A DNA stretch of 64,000 nucleotides from Isurus oxyrinchus (GCA_026770705.1 JANJGN010000131.1:682001-746000); one strand, 5' to 3'; shown: positions 51,110-64,000, counted from the first letter of the stretch. Program-made: numbers and translations. The notes: generated from the sequence alone by a model not told the origin.

Positions 51110-51362
51110 TGTACAGCACAGAAGTAGGTGGCAGTGTCTGTGAGACTCAAGGCTGAGATGGTCAGGGAGTTGCTTTTCAACAAACTTCAAATGACGGCTC
51201 TAAAGTCACTGTTTGCCGACACCATTAACAGCAGCTTTGGGCTCTGGTTCGGAGACTGAACGTACCAATATATCACAGAGAATGGGATGGTTTTGCAGCA
51301 GTGTATCAACATCGTTTGCTGTTCACCCGGATTCTGTAATGGATAAATTTGTATAACATCTT
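51110..51362 (-). pseudogene. T-cell receptor alpha/delta-type V pseudogene
   Basis: DVIQ…IHC…IYWYVQSPNQSPKLLL…I*SLLKSNSLTISALSLTDTATYFCAV; in-frame TGA at 51187-89; shortened domain; 5' boundary uncertain and no convincing leader found. Confidence 0.82.
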
Positions 51363-52179
51363 CTTTACATTTAACACACAAAGTGACAACTAGAGCAAAG
51401 CCACCAGCTCTAATCTGTCCCAACATGTATCTCAGAACATAGGAGCAGCTGTTTGACTTTCAACTCTACAGCCCTGCTCCATATTCAATTAGTTATCATT
51501 TCGTCTGATGCATAAATTTATTTGCTTTCCTTAGCCCAATACCCCATGATGTAATTGTGCTTAGCTAAGGAACATCTTGGAAATATAACGAAAGAAATAC
51601 AAAAAATTGTGTTTGTGTGTGTAGTCATTCATTCTTGTTTGAGTTAATAAAGAGGTAAGATACCCTTGAGAAAATAGAGCCTAAATGTGGCAGAGGACAA
51701 GGGAGTCTGCTGGGACTGTTGCAGGATGAGCAGCGACAGAGTTTATCAAGGCAATTGGGCACATAAGAAGAAAACTGGGTTTCATTTCTAAAGGGAGGAA
51801 AGCTGAAAATCAGAAAAGTTGCTTTTCTGATACACTGAACTTCGTTAGGTCACACGTGAATCTCTGTCCTAAGTTCTAGTTTCTATTTCGATGCATTTGT
51901 TTTTAATCTCATGACCCGAATTTTGAGATCATACTGGCCAGATACCATGACAACGATTTGTCTTGTATATCTAGAAATGAATAAAGTGGGTTTTGCCCCT
52001 ATATTAGTCTTTGGGTTACAGAAGTATTCGAGAAAACATATATAAGGAAAACGTCTCTACTTGTGGGAGATACTAGAAGTCGTAGCATACATATAAGATA
52101 GATGAAGAGTTGTACGGGAATTCTCTTACTTAGCGTAATCAGATGCACAGACTTGTTGGGCTGAGCACCCTGTTTCTGC

Positions 52180-52900
52180 GCTGCATATCCTGTCTAACTA
52201 CTTAACGCTTCGAATGGAGTCAAGAGCTTCGGATTCACAACCTTCTCCATGGAAGAAATTCAGTTTTCCCTCAAAAATAGCCTACCTCTAATTTTAAGAT
52301 TATATACGCTCGTCCTTTATTCTCCTATAAGAAGTTTTTTTTTCTGTATCTACCCTGTCAAACAGTTAAACGGTAAACCACCTCTAACAGGTCTCCTTTC
52401 AAGACTCGATGGTCAATGGAATACAACGGACAATTCTGCTACCCTTCCCCATAATTGCATATCATATCTCATGCATCCTGCTGGTGAATCTGTGCTGTAT
52501 TAACTAGGAAGCAAATTAATGTTGCCTTTGGTGAGGCGCAGAGAGTTGAATGCATTCATGCAGATACCGTCTGACCAGACAACTGAAGTCTAACTTTTGC
52601 TGCTCCATGTCCCAGTTACCTTCTATAAGGACTCACTTTGTTTTCGCCATTCTGATGGTATTTTCTGTCCCTCTACTCGCTTTCAATGATTGTAAAAGTG
52701 GACACTTAAGTCTCTTTAAATTCCTTCCTTTCTCCACGTTTAGGTTTTGGAGGTTCAGGGTGAAAGCCCTCACACCTGCACACAGTAAACTCAATCTGCC
52801 ACATTGTATCCATTCATTTATTCCGTCAACTTCCTCGTACAGCCACATACATAATTTAATTAAATATGCAATCTTGGGTGTATAATTCACTTTCATTTAC
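52180..52900 (-). mobile_element. Decayed CR1-type LINE 3' region
   Basis: agagcttcggattcacaacct…gaaatt…cctc…taattttaagatta…tcgtcct…tctcc and ttccattttgccattctgat-like motifs typical of the CR1 3' end. Confidence 0.5.
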
Positions 52901-55900
52901 TCCAGGTCATTAATAATGTTCGTAATAACTATGCTTACATATTTGGAGGGACAAAATGTAATAAAATTTTGCACATTCTGTCAGTATTGTTTTACACATT
53001 TAAATACTCACATGTTATAAAACTGACTGGAATGGACACTAATATCAATCTGAAATGTTCTTGCATCATGTGCATTGAAAGGGCCTAGATTCTGCTCAAA
53101 GTATTGTTGCAGAATTAGAGAAATGTAAAAGGGACTAAAGGATAGGCTGGACCTGCTTCATTGATTCATACATCCGAAAATCAAACGCACCGACAGCTTC
53201 TCCCGCATGTTACTTCGCCATTGCTGGTCACGAGGGTAAGTTCCATCATTTAGGAAAGGAAGTAATACTCAGTGCAGCGCCGTCCTCAAATACAACCCCG
53301 AGGTTATTGCTGGCGGGTTCAGCAGCCGAGGTTCTATACATTAGCGTGACAGAAATTCGACCCGCATCACAATAAGAGACTCGTGTTTCCCTTAAAATCA
53401 ATAATATATATTATTTCAATGATAGTTTCCTCATTGATCTGCTGACACTGCAGGAACAATTGATCAGGACAGTCTGATTTCTAAGCGTTCGGCTTTTTAA
53501 AAAAAATGTCTTTATTTGAAATATCACCGAGTGGATATAGGATATTTTCGTACATTTTGGAAAACGCGCGTGAAATTTTGAATGTTGATCTGCTTTATAT
53601 TAAATGAAGTTTCCAGAAGATATCTTATAGTATTGTTCACCATCTCTGGGGTATTAAAAACAAATTGTGTTTGAGACACTTTTTACAGCACTCAGTGTGA
53701 CAATAGCAAGAAGTGCCTGCCATGCTTAAGCTATTACGAGTGACGATCCACAGATGAGTCAACATTAGTACATTCTTCCTAACGCTGATTAACAAGCAGT
53801 GAATTGTTGGTCCGGGGAACAAAGCAGACATCAGGCCCCATTTAAAGTCAACTATTATCTGCTTCCATTTTTAAAACTGCAAACACTTACATTTTGTTTG
53901 TTATTATTATTGGTTAGAATGCAAACCAGTTAGGACTTTTAAAGCAACTTTTTTTGGTTTAGCTTTTCAACCGGGCCGTATCTCTGCAGTGCTGAGTGTT
54001 CGCAAGCACAAATCCAAAGAGCTACACGGACAATCATGGTCCGGAGGTGTATTTACATAGTTTTATCTTTTAATTACGTGAATAAGTCATAGAAATGTTC
54101 ACGCATTAATGACAGAAAAATGTCTCATATTTAACATTAAATTAGCTCGCCTTCGGCACTGAGCATGGAGACGGAGTCTTGTTGCATGTAATTTATGTGC
54201 CATTTGGGAAGTCCAGGACGATTTGTTTGTCCTCTTTCTCAACACAAGCAGGTGTACCTCCAGTTGCTCGTTGTCCAGCTCAGGCTCTTTGAGCGTGAAG
54301 AAACGTTCAGGCCACATGGAAGGCTTAGAATCATCGAGACCGCACATTAGGATAATTTCAATTGGTTTTCGGGCCATAATATCTAGCTTTGCAGATTATT
54401 GGAAGTTATGCAATCCACTAGTGACGTGGGAAATAATTGACGCATTCTGGTGATACAGACACTCACATAACAGGTAACACTTATCTCGGAGAAGTATTAA
54501 ATTCTCCATTTTGGTAGGTATAGTGAGGAAAGGTAATATGGATTAAATACGCGATTTTATCAGGGGGAAAGAGCTCCTGGAGTTATATGAAACCAAAATT
54601 TGTAGGTCACAGGACGAACAGAGATGGCTGCTCAGGATCATAAATTTCCTAATAGAGGAATGATTTTCCTCTAAGCCTTTGTCAAATACTGGGTGCTAGT
54701 CCAGACTTAGGGTTTTTGGTGTAATTAATATATTACGTGCTAACTAAGAGATCGGCCACTTAGAACTGAGGTCGCAATAAATGTTCACACTCAGATAATT
54801 GTGAATCATTGGAAATCTCGACCGCAAATGGACTGTATGTTTATTCAGGACAGATATCGAGAAATCAAAGACAATCAAATAAATGTTGCAAGGAATTTCA
54901 GTCAATAATTTTAGTCTGGATTCTAGCGAGTGACAAAGGAGCCTGGAGTGTCAGAATAACCTAATCTTGCTTCTGTATCTTATCTATTTTATCCATATGA
55001 ATAGGATAGAAAAAATATTAATTCTAACATTCTCTGCTCGTTTTCGTCATCTAGAATAGAACAGAGATGGTAATGTGTGGGATCTGTTTCGTCCTGATGC
55101 CTTTGTAAGACATGTGACAAATATGGCAGACATTTCCTTTTATCGATGTGTTGTAATTTTAGTGAATGGTCTCCTTTTATGTTAAATTTATGTTATCTGA
55201 CAATTTAATAAGTTCAAGGCCATATGTTTGCATTCATAGTCATCACCCATACATAGAAAAATAATATTGATAACAATTTCTCATATAGATTTTCAAAGGA
55301 CTTTCTGCAGGTTTAAAATGTAATACCTATAAAATGTAATACCTATGAAGGCAGATATGGGATAGCAAACTACGTATGAAAACATATTTCATGATATTTT
55401 AACATAATGCAATTTAAATTTATGGGTTTCAACATTATTGCCATTGTTTGTGATGCATCATTAAATTCGATTTTCCACCTGGCTGAAATCCGTCTCCACT
55501 TGTTTCTGAGTGTTTTAATGAACAGAAGCGCATCATTAACAATGTTAACGGTATGAATTTTAGAATAGCACTGAAATTAGTCATCGGTTTGGCACTGATT
55601 TTTTTTTCTGAGTTCAGGTGTAGTTTCTACGCTTTGAAAGTTTGAAGTTGCAGAAGGATTTTATTCATCATTTGCATTTAATAGAGTGTTTCGGGCAACA
55701 CAAGTTTCTGGGGAATTCCTATTACAGCTCCCTGGTTGAAGAGGACCGGCTGATGCGTACCTGCCCTAACATCAACCCTTTGACCATTATTTTCTCTCTT
55801 ATTACATGTTACGTGTTCCAGACATTACTTCACCAGGTTTAGCTGCGAAAAAAATCAGCTTTAGCAAGGATCACACGAAAAACTTTGCCCTTGGCTGAAC

Positions 55901-56504
55901 TGCCAATCTAATCATTCAACGGACGACAATTACAGCGCCAAACAGGGACTCCCTGCATTTCTTATGTCACCTGCCTCGATGGAGGCATTTTCTGAAGTTA
56001 TACCGTATGGACCTGAAGGTTACCACATACCCAAGAGAGATGAAGACAAGCTCATTCCTGACTTATCTACAGTAAGCAAAGTGACCTCCCAAGCAAATAA
56101 ATCTGACCTTGATTGAACTGATCTCCCTTCACCGCTTGGAAATGCTTTCAGTTAAACTATGCGTTATGCACTGCAACTCACGTCATCAACAAAGTTTTTT
56201 TTTTAAATCACTATAATGTAAACCCAGTCCTTGCTGAAGTCTTTCTTTGCTATTTCACTAGAGATGCACCAGAGAAATATGACTTTCATGTTCGGATCGA
56301 TAACTTGGAAACTAAATCGAACTCAATCCACTCTATAGGCCATGTTGATACATTTGGGCCTTTGGTACAGTTTGCAAATATTTATCTGAACCGCTACATT
56401 ATATTTGTCCTGTGACTCTGACAGCACACCGTAGTGTTGTTCTTCTCACTACCAGGCTCCACAGTCGCAATGAGAGCTTACCTCCAAGTCACAAGGGCCC
56501 ATCA

Positions 56505-56543
56505 AGTTATTGTACAAGTGTCGGGCTGGTTCTAATTGCTGTG
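56505..56543 (-). other. Recombination signal sequence (23-bp spacer)
   Basis: CACAGCA-23 nt-ACAATAACT directly after the V coding end. Confidence 0.85.
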
Positions 56544-56854
56544 AGCATCAATATGCAGTAATACATAGGCTGCGTCAGAGAGCCGCAGTTTGGAGAATTT
56601 TAAGGTAATGATGGTATTCGTAGTGACCAGTACAGACGAGAAAAGACTTCGACCAGAATGTGCTCTCATTTGGCAACCAGCCGAAACCCTGTGAAGTAGA
56701 ATTTGTGATTCTTTGCCCGGGTATTGTAGGACCCAGAATAAGCTGAAGGAACCTTTGGTACTGAAATAGATGCAGTCTGAAATTGTAATGCCTCCTTTTG
56801 TCCAAACCACTGTCAGGAGGCGTTGTGTCACAGAGATTTCCTGAGTCAGGCCAG
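56544..56854 (-). pseudogene. T-cell receptor delta/alpha-type V exon, pseudogene
   Basis: Acceptor catttaaag; GLTQEISVTQ…DCIY…SLFWVLQYPGKESQILLHR…FSSVL…LKFSKLRLSDAA; a 1-nt insertion precedes ATG TAT TAC TGC (MYYC) and shifts the second Cys out of frame. Confidence 0.87.
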
Positions 56855-56935
56855 CTTTAAATGGAAAATGCAAAAGCTATCCCATTTATAAAGTGCTGTT
56901 ACGTTTGGTTCAAAATTACTACCAAGAATACTTAT

Positions 56936-56993
56936 CCGTGATAAGTGCTCCAAATACGGCACCGAAAAAGAGTAAGCGCACTGCCGTTTTCAT
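56936..56993 (-). pseudogene. Leader exon of the 56.5-kb V segment with a mutated splice donor
   Basis: MKTAVRLLFFGAVFGALIT followed by G|ATAAGT (GT>AT); 81-nt phase-1 intron to the V exon. Confidence 0.8.
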
Positions 56994-58129
56994 TAACACA
57001 GTAACCTATAGAAACTGGCACAAATTGACCTCTGAAAGTAGCCGCATTGAGGGTCGATGTGTCCCCAGTGATATGTCATAATGTTCAATCTTTCGGGTAA
57101 AACACGGCTACGAGTCTCCAGGCAATGAGAAAGGAAATGTTACAATCGCACAAGCTGCAAGCATCAAAAATCCAAACAGGATAACGATTTTATTCAGAGG
57201 GAAGGAAGCAATATATTTTTATAGTATCTAATTTAGGTTATTCGCTCTCGACGTATTTGTGAACTTGTTGCAATCACTAACAGCTGGACATTACGATTGA
57301 ATTTCACCAAATGCACTGAAGTTCACCAACGTCTTGTATATAATGTAGCGTGTCACAGAACGTGGCATAAGTCAGTAACTTGCACGGGATATTTTGTAAA
57401 TATTGAACCTTTCTTTTTCTGTTTGAGTTCCATTAAAGGCACTAGAATATTAGAGTCCTGCACGAAGTTCACAAAAAATAAACAAGGGACATATAAATAA
57501 AAGGTTTCCCCTGTGGACAATTTTGTTACATTATTAGTTACCAACTGCTCATCTAAACGGTACTTTGTATTTTACTTCCTTCGGTGACATTAACAAGTGC
57601 AATAACTTGCATAGTGAATGAAATGCTAACTATATCGCTTTTGACATAGCAAAGCTTCCATGAGACCTGAAACACACGTGGGCATTTTTAGCCGTTGAGG
57701 TGATGTTAAAACCACCTCGTGAGGTGACGCTTCTCGCCGCTGCTGTAACCTGGGAGCAACAGTTGCGGTACAAGGTGGGACAGAACCAGACAGGTGCACT
57801 TCCGGCTCTAATGGCGGCTCCTTATCTCCAACTGAGTGGTGACAGAAGAAAAAGACTGAATGGAAAGTAGGGCAATTCTATGAGACAAAATATTCAAAGA
57901 AAATGATTAAACATTTGAAAACGCTGGTGACACTACATGTTCACTCTCCAAGTGCATTTCTGGGGAACTGATTATAGAATTTATTTATTTTTTTAAATAA
58001 AGGACATGAATTAGGATCGGAACAGACAAGGGGGTGGGGAATGTTTTCATGGAAAACATGAAACTAAGGCTGCTCTTTACATACTTTACGTGTAAAGTTA
58101 CGCCGTGCAACATCACCTCTTAAGAGCAG

Positions 58130-58500
58130 ACAATGGCTTAGTAGCAATGTCACCAGAGTAATTATTCAGACACTCAGGCTCATCTTTGGAGGATGCCTAT
58201 TCAAATCCCACCACAGAAAGCTGGTAAAATTAACTTAACAAAATCTGAATTTATAATTCATTTCAATGATCCTGTCTGTGAATTATCAATGATTGTCACA
58301 AAACCCATGTGGTTCACTGATATCCTTCAGGGAAAGAAATCTGTCGCCCTTACCTGGTCTGGCCTCTATGTGACTACAGATTGATTGTTAACTGCCCTTT
58401 GATGAAACACCCTAACAAGCCATTCAGCTCAGTGACATTTAGGGATGGACAGCTTATGCAGGTCTTGTCAGCGACGCCAATATCCTATGAAAGAACTATA
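58130..58500 (+). mobile_element. tRNA-derived SINE copy
   Basis: tggcttagtag…ttcaaatccca head; aaaacccat.tggttcactga.atccttcagggaaag.aatctg..gcccttacctggtctggcct core; agggatggacag tail. Confidence 0.78.
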
Positions 58501-59527
58501 AGAAATTTAGGAAGCACGTCAGGAAACTTTAGCCCAGCAAACCCCCAAAAAGCAGCAATGTGATCCTGACGATGTCACCCCTTTTTATTATATTGACTGA
58601 GGATAGATGTTCACCAACAGATCAGGCAGATCTACAGTTTCCTCCCTTCCATCCTACTCACCTTCCTAACTTCATCCTTCCTCTCCCCTTCCTGATTTCG
58701 TTCTTCCATTCCTCCCATCGAAATTCTTCAATATGTAATGTGAAGTTTTCACTGTCACAACTGAATGTTGTAGCCCACAACTGATACACCACAACTGTTC
58801 TGTTATTGAGCAGATTCTGTGTGACTTTAACACTGTCTATTCCTGCACACGCAGGTATACCGCGGAGTACCAAGTTATAGACTTGTGAATATCAAATGCA
58901 GTTTGCCATTTTATACAATAGATATTGATGTTGAATCTGTAGACTGTGTATTCAGTGTCAAAAGGTGGGATGAGCCACATTTGCAATAAACGAAATCAAA
59001 AATAAAAGTACATCTAAAAACCTCAGCATTTCTGACAGCAACAGCGGGGAGCAACACAGTTATCGTTTGGAGTCCGCATAACTCTTCAACAGAACGTGCC
59101 TGCTGGTCCGAATAAGCGTATGCAAATGGTTGTAGTTTCTTCATCTTTGCCCCTTCCCAATGTTGACAACACATTCCACCATTAAAGTCATGTTCAGACG
59201 GAGTCTGCCGCTCTGCCAGCATGAAGTATTAATTCAGGGCACTGGGAGAGCTGCAATGCCCTTCTTGAAATATGCCAATGAATCATTTATGTGTAAAGGA
59301 GGAAGCAAACCGGACTTCAGTACAATACATTCGAAAGCTCCCACAGTTGTACACCGAAATGCCAGTCTACATTAAAAACACAATCTCCAGACTGGGACTT
59401 AAAATAACATTTTCTGATTCTGAGGCCAGAGTGCCACCACTGATCCACAAATCTGTAAAGGAATAACAGCAGTGTGACGGCTGATTGAAGCAGGGAATTC
59501 AGAGAATTCACAACAACTGGAGCTGAT

Positions 59528-59566
59528 AGTTTTTGTACCAGTGGTAAGGATTTATGTAACGTGGTG
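59528..59566 (-). other. Recombination signal sequence (23-bp spacer) with a non-consensus heptamer
   Basis: CACCACG-23 nt-ACAAAAACT after …SAVYNCAAMK. Confidence 0.82.
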
Positions 59567-59874
59567 CTTCATAGCCGCGCAGTTATACACGGCTGAGTCA
59601 GAGAGCTGGGTGTCTGTGATGTTCAAAGGGATGTTTGTGTTGCTCCTATCCTGTACGGCTGAAAAGCGCTTTGCAAAAGCTGGTGCATTCTTTTCATTCC
59701 CAGCCGTGTGTCTGAGCAGCATATACTGAAGGCCTTTTCCCGAGTACTGTACGTACCAGAATAGGTAAGCAGCTGTGTATGTCGCTGGGTAGATACATGA
59801 CAACACCGCAGTATCTCCTTCACTCACTGCTACAATTGAGGGTGTTTGGGAAAGTCTCTCCTGTTGGCCGCATT
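59567..59874 (-). CDS. T-cell receptor delta/alpha-type V exon, open reading frame
   Basis: Acceptor ttttccag; CGQQERLSQTPSIVAVSEGDTAVLSCIY…YLFWYVQYSGKGLQYMLLRH…AFAKRFSA…LNITDTQLSDSAVYNCAA; Cys23, Trp41 and Cys104 present; followed by a 23-RSS. Confidence 0.93.
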
Positions 59875-60343
59875 CTGGAAAACAATAACAGAATGTTATC
59901 AATGCAACTTTTAGATTTTTTTCATTCGGACAAAATAAGCTTTCCAATGCACTCGCACACGCGCGTACACACGGGCTCACGTTAAATCATTCCCTTTAAT
60001 ACAACGGTTGACTGCATTTCGAGTGTGAACGACAACAACAAAAACAGGGAGCTTCAGCGATTTCACCCCTCAGTTAACTGATCCCAGGCCATCATCGGTG
60101 TAATTTCCTTCTGGCAGTGTTCAGCCAAGGCTACCGTTTCTGCAGGAAATGGAGAAGCCCTTCTCCGGCCCGCTGAGACAGTGACAGGTCAGCTTGTGAC
60201 TAATGTAGATACTGTACGCTCACTCACTGACCAGTGAGTGAAGCCGTGGAAGCTGACCTCATCAATGGAGTGAAGAAAAATTGGAGGAAAAATAACAATA
60301 CAGTTAACAAAATAAAAGCGTTACAATCGCATGAAATACTTAC

Positions 60344-60425
60344 TTGGTTGAACATTTATGAGGAAAAGGAACACTTTGACGAATATTATTCTTGTCCAGG
60401 AGACACACTGGCGATCAGAAGACAT
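60344..60425 (-). CDS. Probable leader exon of the 59.6-kb V segment
   Basis: MSSDRQCVSWTRIIFVKVFLFLINVQP followed by A|gtaagt, phase 1, in frame with the V exon (K-C-G-Q-Q); hydrophobic core IIFVKVFLFLI. Confidence 0.68.
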
Positions 60426-63400
60426 GTTGAAGTTGTATCCTGTGTCAGAATTCCATGCTGTACGGAAGTATGTGATGTATATTCAAGACATTTGTTACAT
60501 CCTACCACCACGTTTAGCTGCACATGAGTATGGCTCCGAGATTTATAAACAACACAAAAATTGCAAATGGAAGTTTCCTCAGTTTGATGTCTTCCAGCAG
60601 CCGATAGGTGCGATGCTGGCAGGGGTGGGGCAGACAAACAAAGGCAACGAATCAAAATTTTAAAAAATCCAAATTCATATCTATAGCCCGGCCTCAATAT
60701 CGAGGTACATCAATGGCATTTGTTAGTTAATAGACACAATTGATCTTTAATATTTCATTGACTCCAATAAATGCTGTTCCTTACCAGATGCAAGTTGTGT
60801 GATGGACACCAATATAACATTGGTGTCATGGACACTCATATAACAATCAACACTGCGCATTGTTATTCAATGCAGAAAGAATACACTTTGTTTTTTGTTC
60901 GGACAGAACTTCAGTATTTCTGAAAAAGAGACAGGTCTCAGCTTATCACCCTGCACTCATCAGGAAACTCGCAAGAATAAAAATACATGGGAGGGGGGAG
61001 CACAATTTATACTGTATGTGAGGAGAATGATGATTGGTTGGCAAGTGGCATTTCCCTGAATAATGCACCACCTATGGCGAAGGACAGTTAACTGCCAAGA
61101 ATTGTTTGAAATTTAAGCCAGACAGCTTGACCCTGATAGGTTCAGGCTGACTCGTTTCTCATGATGATGAAGAAGAAGATGAAGATGATATTGCTGATCT
61201 AACTGGTTTGCTCTCCGGAGGTCCGGCAAAGACTGTGTATGTCGAATGCCTCCCTCCCCGCCCCCACCATTCCGCCCCCCCCCCAACCCCGCCACCACAG
61301 CGCCCCCCTCCCCTCCTTTCCGGCTCCGTGCTGTAATGAGACTGGTGAATCTGGTTGCACCAATCTATGGCAGAGCTACCCAGCCCCAGTTAGGTGGACC
61401 AAAACTGAGCACAGTTCTCCAAATGTGTTGTTAGCAAAATCTTATATATTTGCAGCAAAGCTTCGTTACACTCCTTATCCAAACCTCTTGCGACGGCTTC
61501 ACAAACACTGTTGATTAGTCTTTGTTATTAACCAGTTTGAACTGAGAAAAAAAAACATAAAGACATTGTTCTCCTGCATATTTTTGGCTTTTCCCTTTCT
61601 CTCTGTACGTATTTAATTCGAAGACTGACAGAGAGCTATAGATACAAAATGGCAACTGAAAAAAACACTATGTTCCTCCGAGTACTGAATTAAAAGTGAG
61701 AGATGGATTTAGTCTTCATTGTATTGAATCGGAGCTAATCCATTGCACAGCTATGAATTCCATGTCAGAGCAATAATCGATCAAGAAACAACCCTGGCCT
61801 AATTAACCAGAGCAAGAGCGAGAATATTCATCACACAGAGAGATCAAGGCGAGCAAATGAGAAAAAAAAGAGCTAAGGATAGAGACAGAGTCAAATAGAC
61901 AGAGATAAATTGAAGGAGAGTCCTAGACAAAGGAAAGGGAAACAGGCATAGAAACTGACAATTAGTGGAAAGAAGCTGTACATTCATTTCACAATTCCAT
62001 CTCATTATTCATTCATAGTTACTGGGAGACAGCACCTTCTGAAATTATATAAAGTCCTTCAATAGTTCAGAGTGTCCCAGGTTGCTTAACGACAAGGGCG
62101 TATCTAGTGAAGTATAGTCACTCCTTTAATCTAGTGATAGAGTTAGAGGAAAATACAGAATCTGTTTAAATAACATCTTAAGAAAGAGATATAAACGTGA
62201 TTTTTTCTTTCCATGTATTTACGATGCTTGATGAAGATCCAGGAGATGTAAAGGTCTTTTGAATTTTCAACTTCTGCTCTGTTAAAATTTCACTCGTACA
62301 GCATGAAATTCACAGAAATTTGGAACAAAGAATCAGGCCTGTAAGCATTCTCCGATCAATAAGATGTTTAATTTTTTATGTTCTAAAAGCGCAAGGAGAA
62401 GTTAAGGAAGTTAAACAATTATAATGAAATCCTTTGAATGATTATAACTGCTGCAAGCTGGAGGGGTCGTTGGATACCCGCTTCTTAGTTTATTGTCAGA
62501 GAAACCAACGGATCTATGATCAAAGGTAATTAACAGCTCTCAGTTACTCTCAGGCAGCATAAATCATGCTTCCTGCTCCAGTGAATCTTGTCATCTGCTA
62601 CTTGATGACATAGTTTAACCGTAGACCACAAAACGTTAAACGAAAACTTATGTGTCACATTCCCACCTCCTTGCATAGGAAGAACCAGATTAAAATAACC
62701 TGGCATCAAGGCGGAGATAAACAGACTCTTGGTCAAAAAAAAATGTTGAAGATCTGAACTATAATAACACAGGCAGGCATGCGCACAGGCACTTGTCAAA
62801 GAGGCTACACAAACAAACACACACACGTACACATATAGGCGCGCTTGCACACACGCAAACACGCACGTACCCACACAACCACATGCATTTCGACATCAAC
62901 ACGTATGTATCTGTATATATTTTATGTCGTTTTAAATGGAAATAGAGGCGGACAAGCTGCAAGAACATTGGCTGCTATTTTGACTTATTTTATTAATGCA
63001 CAGTCTATCAAAATGGAGAACCCAACAACACTGTCAGGGTGCAAGGAGGAGGGGAGTAAACATTGCTCATACACCCGTGATACCACCACCACCGTGTATC
63101 GCTAGTGGTGGCGCTGCAGTTGTTCCCTCAAACAGTTCAGGTTCATATTCACTTAACAAACGTTTACATTCAAGCAGTTACCAAGACCATAAGGATCCCC
63201 AAACACAGGCTTTTATGCCTAACATTTCAGAAGGCACACACAACAGTATTAAGTTGATCTTTTATATACCGCTTGGTGATGAATATCAAGGTCACCTGCT
63301 CAACGACTATCTATTACTCTTTGGTCCAGTGACTGATCAGTTGCCAGTCACATCTGTGTCCACAATTAGCTACACGTGACGGCTGGCTAAGTTAGTTTAA

Positions 63401-64000
63401 TAGAAGATACCAGTACAGGCATGAACAAGGAGCAATGGATGGTGAGGGAAATCCTCAATTTACATAATTTAAAAATGCTTGCAAATCTCCAGACTCTGAA
63501 CAGCATCTTTCAACTCATGTCACTCAAAAATAAATATAGTAAACTGGATAGATCCTAGAATAATTTTAATTCTAAACACCAATCGTTACTCTTCCAGGGG
63601 CTTGAAACTATTTTCGTGTTTGCAAATTCGATGCCAATTCTGTTTCTTTCTGGAAGCTATTGTAATATTTTCGATAAGCAACCAATTGAGGTCCGAAATT
63701 GCTCTAAGACTTCGATAGCTCAAACTATGTGACACAATAGTGACCTAACAGCACAGGAAGGACTTCAAATTCCCATGAGTCAATTTTCAAAACGTTCTAT
63801 ATCCTCTTTTTCTAGAGTCATATAATGATGTAAATTATAGATCAGGCATTTTTTTCTCTCTAAGAGATATTCTGAAAAAATATATCTATATATTCCAGTG
63901 CTCTCCCCCCATTACTCAAGGACGTTCGTGTCTCATTGTGAAGGGCAACTATGCACAGCCCATCTCAGAGCTGGAACAGGTGCATGATATCCCTTTCGCA

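Noticed and set aside
53660-53830. Possible fourth V remnant (…SCYC then CACACTG…ACACAATTT on the minus strand)
   Set aside because: Poor nonamer and no WY.Q or first-Cys framework; cannot be supported.
54711-54740. GGTTTTTGG…TTACGTG resembling a J-segment RSS
   Set aside because: Lies within decayed CR1 3' sequence, has a poor heptamer, and no FGXG motif or splice donor follows.
62530-62970. Leader-like MFLQLV… and a GGNVT motif suggesting another V domain
   Set aside because: No canonical donor, Cys/Trp framework or RSS; interrupted by a CA/TG repeat.

Overview
Vertebrate genomic DNA, most likely from a cartilaginous fish (elasmobranch), judged from the IgM membrane exons, the V-segment style and the LINE/SINE/Penelope repeat content. 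The window holds a small cluster of two-exon class A GPCRs of the GPR139/GPR142-like type: one open gene (42070-44306, -), one with a frameshift near the C-terminus (25851-28992, +), one multi-stop pseudogene (10876-17139, -) and one truncated exon-2 fragment (about 48430-48586, -). These are interleaved with adaptive-immune sequence: orphan, decaying IgM-type TM1/TM2 exons (21420-21696, +) and three minus-strand TCR alpha/delta-type V segments with 22/23-bp-spacer RSSs (51.1, 56.5 and 59.5 kb; one open, two broken). Also present are an intron-containing tRNA-Ile(UAU) with two stem mismatches, Penelope-like elements carrying minimal hammerhead-ribozyme-like motifs, CR1/L2-type LINE fragments, SINEs, minisatellites and several local segmental duplications. 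The most interesting signal is a birth-and-death GPR139-like receptor family at the edge of an antigen-receptor V array. Two of its promoters share a TAAT + O/E(EBF)-like + TATA layout, which suggests an uncharacterised chemosensory or immune receptor repertoire. All calls were made by eye; no searches were run.
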